Positions 57,944 to 64,000 of a stretch of 64,000 bases of DNA are shown here, piece by piece. Positions within the stretch are counted from its first letter, which is position 1; the number at the start of each line of letters is the position of its first letter. The stretch comes from Candidatus Poribacteria bacterium. GTDB lineage: Bacteria > Poribacteria > WGA-4E > WGA-3G. The notes under the pieces were generated by a model that saw nothing but the letters and a program-made list of their open reading frames with translations, was not told where the DNA came from and made no database searches. The stretch lies in the NCBI GenBank assembly GCA_965220065.1, contig OZ244804.1, positions 4,416,915-4,480,914 of the forward strand, written 5' to 3'. Position numbers and translations under genes: made by a program.

Positions 57944-60900
57944 GTGTACGAACAAAAAACAGATATGACTCTTCAAGAAATAATTTTAGCGTTAGAGAAA
58001 TTTTGGGCAGATCACGGGTGCGTCATCCAGCAACCGTGCGATATAGAAGTCGGCGCAGGCACATTTAACCCCGCAACATTTTTGCGATGCCTCGGTCCAG
58101 AACCGTGGCGAGTCGCCTACGTAGAGCCTGTGCGGCGTCCAACCGATGGCAGATATGCCGAAAACCCTTTCCGTGTCGGAGCGTATTACCAGTATCAGGT
58201 GATACTCAAACCTGCCCCTGAGAATGTGCTTCCCCTCTACCTTGAAAGCCTCTATAGTCTCGGTATCTCTCCCCGCAAGAACGACATCCGATTTGTGGAA
58301 GACGATTGGGAATCACCAACACTCGGTGCCTCTGGACTCGGTTGGGAAGTCTGGTGGAACGGTGCAGAAGTTACACAGTTTACCTACTTCCAACAGATGG
58401 GAAGCATAGACCTTGATCCCGTATGTGCTGAGATTACCTATGGGCTTGAGCGCATTGCTCTCTATTTGCAAGATGTTGACGACTTTTTTGACATCCGCTG
58501 GAACGAACAGGTCAATTACGGTGATGTTCACCGGCAGAGCGAGATAGAATACTCGATTTACAACTTCGAGCGCGCGGATGTAGACATGCTTTTTGAGTTG
58601 TTTAGCACGTATGAGAGGGAAACCCACGCATGCTTGGATGCAGGGTTAGTGCTACCGGCAACCGATCATGTCTTGAAATGCTCACATACCTTCAACATGT
58701 TAGACGCGCGCGGGGTCATCAGCGTCACGGAGCGGGTGAGTTACATTGAGCGCGTACGGCGGCTTGCTCAACGGATAGCACGCGCCTACGTCAAACAGCG
58801 TGAGGAGATGGAACATCCCCTCATGGGACGTTTTAATATAGAGACGATCCCCACCGCGGTAGGTGCGGTTTCTAACCGCACTGAATCTGACAAGGAACAA
58901 GAGACCACTGATCTCCTATTTGAAATCGGCACGGAAGAGATACCCGCGGGTTATGTCCCGCCTGTTCTTGAACAACTGAGCAAGCTCGCAACCGAATCCC
59001 TGACGAACCACAGAATCCCATTTGGCGATGTTGACACTCTCGGCACACCGCGTCGTATCACGCTCAGTATCAAGGACATAAAGATGCTTCAAGAAAGCCA
59101 GGAGACAGAGGTCGTAGGACCCCCGAAACGTATCGCCTATGATGAGAACGGCGAACCGACAAAAGCCGCAATCGGTTTCGCAAAGACGCAGGGTGTTGAT
59201 CTCAGTGCACTCCGCATCGTTGAAACCGAACGAGGGGAGTATGTCGCCGCCTCCAAACTCGAAACAGGAGTTCCAACACGAGAGATCTTGACAACGTTGC
59301 TAACTGAATGGATCGAAGCACTCCGTTTTCCGAAAACCATGCGCTGGGAGACCGAATCCGAAGAACCGAGTGCGTTCGCTCGATTTGCGCGTCCCATCCG
59401 ATGGCTCGTGGCATTATTGGGCGATGCGGTCGTCAATTGCACTTATGGTGCGGCACACGCAGGACGGTTAACCTACGGGCATCGCGCCTTACATCCTGAA
59501 CCGATAACTTTGACTTCCGCTGACTTAAGCACCTATATTGAAAAACTACGCGCTGTTGGTGTTGTCGTCTGTCCAAAGGAGCGTAGGAACACAATCGAGA
59601 AACAGGTGAGAGACGTTTTAGAGGTCGAAAGATGCCTTCCGAGGTTGGATGAAGAATTGCTGGATACAGTGAATTATCTCGTGGAGAACCCGCAACCGAT
59701 CGTCGGCAATTTTAGTGAGTCGCATTTGGAGATACCGTCAGAAGTGCTGATTACTGCAATGAAGACACATCAACGCTATTTTCCGATGTGGAAGAGTGAA
59801 TCCGAACTCACCGCGAAATTTATTACAATTTCCAACGGGACAGACGGCAATTTTGACGGAGTTCGACACGGGAATGAACGCGTCCTCCACGCAAGACTCA
59901 ATGATGCTGAGTTCTTCTACAGCGAAGACCAGAAAACCAGCCTCGCCGATAAAGTTGAACGCTTGGGCGCGGTTGTCTTCCACGCAAAGCTCGGTTCACT
60001 CTTGGATAAAGCGGAGCGACTTAAAGCGTTAGTTCAGTTCATCGGTACGGAACTGCAAGTGCCGGAAACAACTGCCTCTCAGGCAGAACGCGCAGCGTGG
60101 CTCTGTAAAGCAGATCTGACGACACACATGGTAATTGAATTCCCATCATTGCAGGGAATTACGGGGAAATATTACGCACAGAATAGTGGAGAAGCGGAAC
60201 CTGTCGCGGCTGCTATTGCTGAGCATTACCAACCGCTCGGTGCCGATACGCCACTACCCGAAACCGATGTCGGTGTCCTTGTTGCGATCGCCGATAAGCT
60301 CGACACGATTGTCGGATATTTCGGTATAGAAGAACGTCCCACAGGTTCGCAAGATCCATACTCGTTACGACGGCATGTCCTCGGCACAATTCGTATTCTC
60401 CAGCATCAACAGTTGTCAATCTCAATGGATGCAGTCGTTGAGAAGGCTATTTCCCTGTATGCTGTAGAATTAGCGGCAGATACAAAAGCGAGCGTCCTCA
60501 GTTTTATCAAGGAGCGTCTACGGAGCGTCTTGATTTTGCCGGAATTGGCAATCCAATATTTAAACTTACAGACACAGCATTACACGCCCGATCTTATTGA
60601 TGCGGTCTTGGAAGTCGGTGATGTGGATGTTATTGATATCCTCAAGCGCGTCAGGGCACTTGCCGAATTTCGCTTGACACCAAATTTTGAGGAAATATAT
60701 AATGCACTCAATCGGGTCCTGAGAATTTTACCGCCAGATGCTCCAGAAACTGTAGACGCTGCGTTCCTACGCGACGATGCTGAAAAGCAATTATATACCT
60801 GTATTACCGAAGCGGAACTTGGTTTCCAACAAAGTATTCGGGAACGCGACTACGCTAAACTGCTGACGCAACTTGCCGCTTTACAACCCGCGATCGACGC

Positions 60901-61033
60901 ATTCTTTGACGATGTTTTAGTGATGGCGGAGGAGCCGGCACTACGCGCCAACAGATTGGCTTTATTGAACCAGATCGGACGGAATATCTACGCCGTCGCG
61001 GACCTGACGAAACTTGTAATTGCTGGGAATTAA
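57944..61033 (+). CDS. glyQS: Fused glycine--tRNA ligase alpha+beta subunits (GlyQ-GlyS fusion).
   Basis: The N-terminal ~290 aa are GlyQ ([22 protein letters not shown]...GAGTFNP...). The remainder is GlyS with its HD-like and anticodon-binding regions. The real start is likely the ATG at 57965 (MTLQEII...). Length is 1029 aa. Confidence 0.85.
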   Translation: MYEQKTDMTLQEIILALEKFWADHGCVIQQPCDIEVGAGTFNPATFLRCLGPEPWRVAYVEPVRRPTDGRYAENPFRVGAYYQYQVILKPAPENVLPLYLESLYSLGISPRKNDIRFVEDDWESPTLGASGLGWEVWWNGAEVTQFTYFQQMGSIDLDPVCAEITYGLERIALYLQDVDDFFDIRWNEQVNYGDVHRQSEIEYSIYNFERADVDMLFELFSTYERETHACLDAGLVLPATDHVLKCSHTFNMLDARGVISVTERVSYIERVRRLAQRIARAYVKQREEMEHPLMGRFNIETIPTAVGAVSNRTESDKEQETTDLLFEIGTEEIPAGYVPPVLEQLSKLATESLTNHRIPFGDVDTLGTPRRITLSIKDIKMLQESQETEVVGPPKRIAYDENGEPTKAAIGFAKTQGVDLSALRIVETERGEYVAASKLETGVPTREILTTLLTEWIEALRFPKTMRWETESEEPSAFARFARPIRWLVALLGDAVVNCTYGAAHAGRLTYGHRALHPEPITLTSADLSTYIEKLRAVGVVVCPKERRNTIEKQVRDVLEVERCLPRLDEELLDTVNYLVENPQPIVGNFSESHLEIPSEVLITAMKTHQRYFPMWKSESELTAKFITISNGTDGNFDGVRHGNERVLHARLNDAEFFYSEDQKTSLADKVERLGAVVFHAKLGSLLDKAERLKALVQFIGTELQVPETTASQAERAAWLCKADLTTHMVIEFPSLQGITGKYYAQNSGEAEPVAAAIAEHYQPLGADTPLPETDVGVLVAIADKLDTIVGYFGIEERPTGSQDPYSLRRHVLGTIRILQHQQLSISMDAVVEKAISLYAVELAADTKASVLSFIKERLRSVLILPELAIQYLNLQTQHYTPDLIDAVLEVGDVDVIDILKRVRALAEFRLTPNFEEIYNALNRVLRILPPDAPETVDAAFLRDDAEKQLYTCITEAELGFQQSIRERDYAKLLTQLAALQPAIDAFFDDVLVMAEEPALRANRLALLNQIGRNIYAVADLTKLVIAGN

Positions 61034-61046
61034 TAAAGTTCCTGTC

Positions 61047-61218
61047 GCCTGCAACATCGGCGCAGGCGGGTATATGGGCAGGCACGTTATTTTCAGAACT
61101 AACCTGACCGAACCGCAAGGAAAAATTAGAAAGCCTGCAACATCGGCGCAGGCGGATATACGTCGAGAATCCTTCTTCCTTCAACATGCTTGACCGAACC
61201 GCAAGGAAAAATTTAAAA
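61047..61218. repeat. Tandem ~86-bp duplication, each unit starting with the REP-like palindrome GCCTGCAACATCGGCGCAGGCGG and ending with TGACCGAACCGCAAGGAAAAATT.
   Basis: The units are 61047-61132 and 61133-61218. The palindrome is identical to 12146-12166. Confidence 0.7.
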
Positions 61219-61293
61219 ATGAAGCAACACCTGAAAAATAACGTTCGGATCTCAGACGCAGTTGGGATTCACTGGAAACCACCGCGAACTGTA

Positions 61294-64000
61294 ATGGAGC
61301 GGTGCTCAGATTTAATAATTAAAAAAATCCATCTCTCACTCATTGTGACAATTGTCCTCGCGATAGGCTGTGGTGAGAAGGAGAACAGGGACATTATTGA
61401 AGCGCGAGCCGCTATTGTTCGCGGAGATTATGCTGCCGCACAAACGGCGGTTCAGAAGACAGACGCCGGGAATCAGGAGGCGCGACATCTGAAAGCGTTC
61501 CTACAAAATCGGACGCGCACGGAGGCAGAAAGTTGGCACCAAGCGATTGCGCAATCGAACGCTTATCTTGAGACCTTAGCGACAGACATCCTTGCTATCT
61601 CGTTGCAGGAAGATCCGGATTCTGACGAACTTGATCGACAGGAAAGACTCGTCCGCTCGCAGAACTCCATCTCTGGACTCTTTGCTCTATCGCTTGCTGA
61701 AGCGGTCGAAAAACGCTCAGGATTGCTCTCTGAACTCGTAGCGTATCCGGATGCCGCTGTCGTTATAGGGATTTTAGCCGCGGAAAAATGCTATCAACCC
61801 AACGCCCTCGCAGCAGTCTCGGAACTCAGGGCAAAACTCGGAGATGGGGAAGCAGTTGTTGAACTGTTACAGCAGGCGATGCATCATAAAGATACAGCCA
61901 TACAAAAAGAGGCTGTCCGTTATCTCGGTGCGATGCGAAACCCTGAACTCATCCCAATTTTTGAGGAAACGCTTGCCACAACCACGAGTGCCCCTGAAGT
62001 TGCCTATAGAGCAATTGTCGCACTTGAACAATCAATCGGTTCAGGTGCTGAGATTACAGCCATTGTGCCGGGACTCCAACTCGCCCTCAGAAACAACAGC
62101 GCGCAGGTCCGGATGCACGCCGCTAAGCTCCTCGGGAACATACAAGCAGAAACGGCTATTCCTGATCTTGTCCGGCTTCTCTCAGATCCGAACAGTTACG
62201 TCAAGGATACCGCCATAGATGCGCTGAATCGTATTGGGGAACCCGCTGTTGCGCCGCTCCTTGAGGTGTTGGACACGGGCGCGCGAAACCTCATTCCCGA
62301 TGAGGACACCGGCTTCGCCACAGAATACCAATACATCGCGAGTGCTTATATTGATGGTTTGTGGATGAAAAAATATAGGATCGGAACCTTATCAGCCGCG
62401 ATCCAAGCACTCGGGTTGCTCAAATCGGGAGACGGGGTAGAAACGCTCATAGATGCGTTAGCAAACGAGGAATTACAGGATGAAGCATTGGCGGCACTCG
62501 TTGAGATGCGCGGTGTTGCTGTTCCGCCGATGATCGATGCGCTCAAAAGCAGCACAGATGAAATTCGGGTGAAGGTCGCTGATGCGCTTGGGCAAATCGG
62601 TGACCGGCGCGCAATTGTTCCGCTCATTGAAGCATTGGACAGCGATCCATATAAAGAGGTAAAAGCACTCGCAGCGGTTGGGCTTGGTAATATACATGCA
62701 CGTGGTGAGAATAACAGGGCGGTCATCGCCCTCACGAACGCGCTCTCCTATGACGACACTACTGCAACAAATGCCGCAGAGGCACTCGGAAAAATCGCGG
62801 TAACCACGGAAGATACCGTTCAGAAGTTAAATATCGTAGCGATGGATAAAAATATGCGTGAGACCTTACGCATTGCGGCTCTTACGGCACTCTGGCGACT
62901 CAAACCTGAAGCCGCAACACAACCGATGTTACTCCTGATGTTCAGTGACGAAACCAGTCCCGTCCTACGCGCAAACGCCGTCAAGGTGTTGAGCCGAATC
63001 CAAGCCCCTGAATCTGTGTCTGTGTTACTTTGGGTGCTTTCTACACAATTTGACGAAATTTCGGATTTTCAACGGCACATGAAACGGGAGTACAAAACGC
63101 TGGATGCACTCCGCGCACAGGTTGATTCCTTCCAGATTCAGTGGACGCCTGACTATCCACGCGCAAACTATCGGACATGGGGTGAACTCAAACCGATCCC
63201 GAGTCTTGTCCGAAGTGAGGTCGCTCGAGCATTGGGTATTATTAAGGGGGAGACTGTCGTAGAGCCTCTGGCAAATGCACTCCGGGACGATGGACGCGCA
63301 ACCGTGCGACAAAGTGCAGCGTGGGCACTCGGTGAAGTCAAGGGTGATGACGCAATTCCGCCGTTGGTTACTGCGTTGAGAAAAGATAAACAGGGGGCTG
63401 TCCGACAGGAAGCGGCGATCGCACTTGGGAAAATAAAGGGGCCGAAGGTTGTTGATCCGCTGGTGGACGTTCTGAAAAACGATAAGTATGAAACGACGCG
63501 CTTTCAAGCCGCAAAGGCACTCCTGGAGATTCAAGCCGGAGATAAAGGGCTTGTTGATATTATCAAGAAGGGCTTGGGGAGTTTTGATGATGGATACGAG
63601 GTGCAATCTGTCCAAGACCAGGTCATTGCCTCATTAATCAAAGATAACAACATTCCAACAGCCGAATTTGCACTTGATGCTCTGAAATCTGCGGATGATG
63701 AGTGGACGAGATGGGCACTCGTTCATGTCATCGGAGCGAGTGCGAAAAAGGTTGCCGTTGATGCAATGCTGGTGGAATTGGAAAATCCAAGTTATGTCGT
63801 TCGGAGACGCGCCGCGGAATCGTTAGGTGGGTTCAAAGAACGCCGGGTTGTTGATCCGTTAATTCCTGTTCTCGAAAACAGAGATGAGATGAAATCCGTT
63901 CGCGCAGCAGCAGCCGTATCCCTTGGTGTTCTCAAAGATGAACGGGCCTCTACCGCGTTGCTAACTGCACTCTCCGATGAAAATGCCGAAATCCGATTAA
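61294..64000 (+). CDS. HEAT-repeat (PBS-lyase/E-Z type HEAT-like) lipoprotein. It is partial: the ORF continues past the window end.
   Basis: Translating by hand from the ATG at 61294 gives more than 900 codons with no stop to the window end. The lipobox is IVLAIGCGEKE. There are many ~30-aa repeats of the form (A/V)R..AA.ALG.I....A...L..AL.D....VR; the ORF track lists only antisense fragments in this region. Confidence 0.7.
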   Translation, partial: MERCSDLIIKKIHLSLIVTIVLAIGCGEKENRDIIEARAAIVRGDYAAAQTAVQKTDAGNQEARHLKAFLQNRTRTEAESWHQAIAQSNAYLETLATDILAISLQEDPDSDELDRQERLVRSQNSISGLFALSLAEAVEKRSGLLSELVAYPDAAVVIGILAAEKCYQPNALAAVSELRAKLGDGEAVVELLQQAMHHKDTAIQKEAVRYLGAMRNPELIPIFEETLATTTSAPEVAYRAIVALEQSIGSGAEITAIVPGLQLALRNNSAQVRMHAAKLLGNIQAETAIPDLVRLLSDPNSYVKDTAIDALNRIGEPAVAPLLEVLDTGARNLIPDEDTGFATEYQYIASAYIDGLWMKKYRIGTLSAAIQALGLLKSGDGVETLIDALANEELQDEALAALVEMRGVAVPPMIDALKSSTDEIRVKVADALGQIGDRRAIVPLIEALDSDPYKEVKALAAVGLGNIHARGENNRAVIALTNALSYDDTTATNAAEALGKIAVTTEDTVQKLNIVAMDKNMRETLRIAALTALWRLKPEAATQPMLLLMFSDETSPVLRANAVKVLSRIQAPESVSVLLWVLSTQFDEISDFQRHMKREYKTLDALRAQVDSFQIQWTPDYPRANYRTWGELKPIPSLVRSEVARALGIIKGETVVEPLANALRDDGRATVRQSAAWALGEVKGDDAIPPLVTALRKDKQGAVRQEAAIALGKIKGPKVVDPLVDVLKNDKYETTRFQAAKALLEIQAGDKGLVDIIKKGLGSFDDGYEVQSVQDQVIASLIKDNNIPTAEFALDALKSADDEWTRWALVHVIGASAKKVAVDAMLVELENPSYVVRRRAAESLGGFKERRVVDPLIPVLENRDEMKSVRAAAAVSLGVLKDERASTALLTALSDENAEIRL

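Noticed and set aside
62346-63615. Minus-strand ORFs of 129, 74 and 196 aa
   Set aside because: They are antisense to the long uninterrupted HEAT-repeat frame (61294 to the end), which has a lipoprotein signal and periodic repeats.

Overview
This 64-kb window is from a bacterial chromosome of roughly 50% GC that uses Shine-Dalgarno sites. Several features suggest an FCB-superphylum-like or candidate-phylum lineage, possibly Poribacteria/Latescibacteria-like, but I cannot pin down the taxon from sequence alone. These are type-IX-secretion C-terminal sorting domains next to a PorV/PorQ-like outer-membrane protein, dockerin-like repeats, a sulfatase, several PhyH dioxygenases, WD40 and HEAT-repeat proteins, and numerous small dispersed repeats.

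The core content is housekeeping. It includes the Hcy-methyltransferase/MTHFR fusion, iscS, thrS, argJ, a phoH-ybeY-corC operon, recO, a fused glyQS, and tRNAs Val, Cys, Gly and Pro.

Accessory content includes:
- a cluster of three Ldh_2-family dehydrogenases with an ornithine-cyclodeaminase-family gene and an enolase-superfamily gene, which looks like cyclic imino-acid or hydroxyproline-type catabolism;
- two PhyH dioxygenases;
- an orphan gamma-class N6-adenine DNA methyltransferase;
- a TLC-like transporter.

The most interesting candidates for undescribed biology are two loci. The first is a tandem array of four divergent paralogous lipoproteins (34.8-37.5 kb) with a discoidin-like motif pattern. 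The second is a roughly 5.5-kb accessory island (44.7-50.2 kb) with VapBC, a MazF-like toxin paired with an atypical long antitoxin, a GNAT, a 2H phosphoesterase, an HhH-like protein, and two paralogous genes that pair a NucS-like PD-(D/E)xK-type N-terminus with a shared uncharacterised C-terminal domain.

The window also carries at least five small dispersed repeat families, one of them MITE-like with 18-bp terminal inverted repeats. All calls were made by eye from the translations and sequence; no database searches were run.
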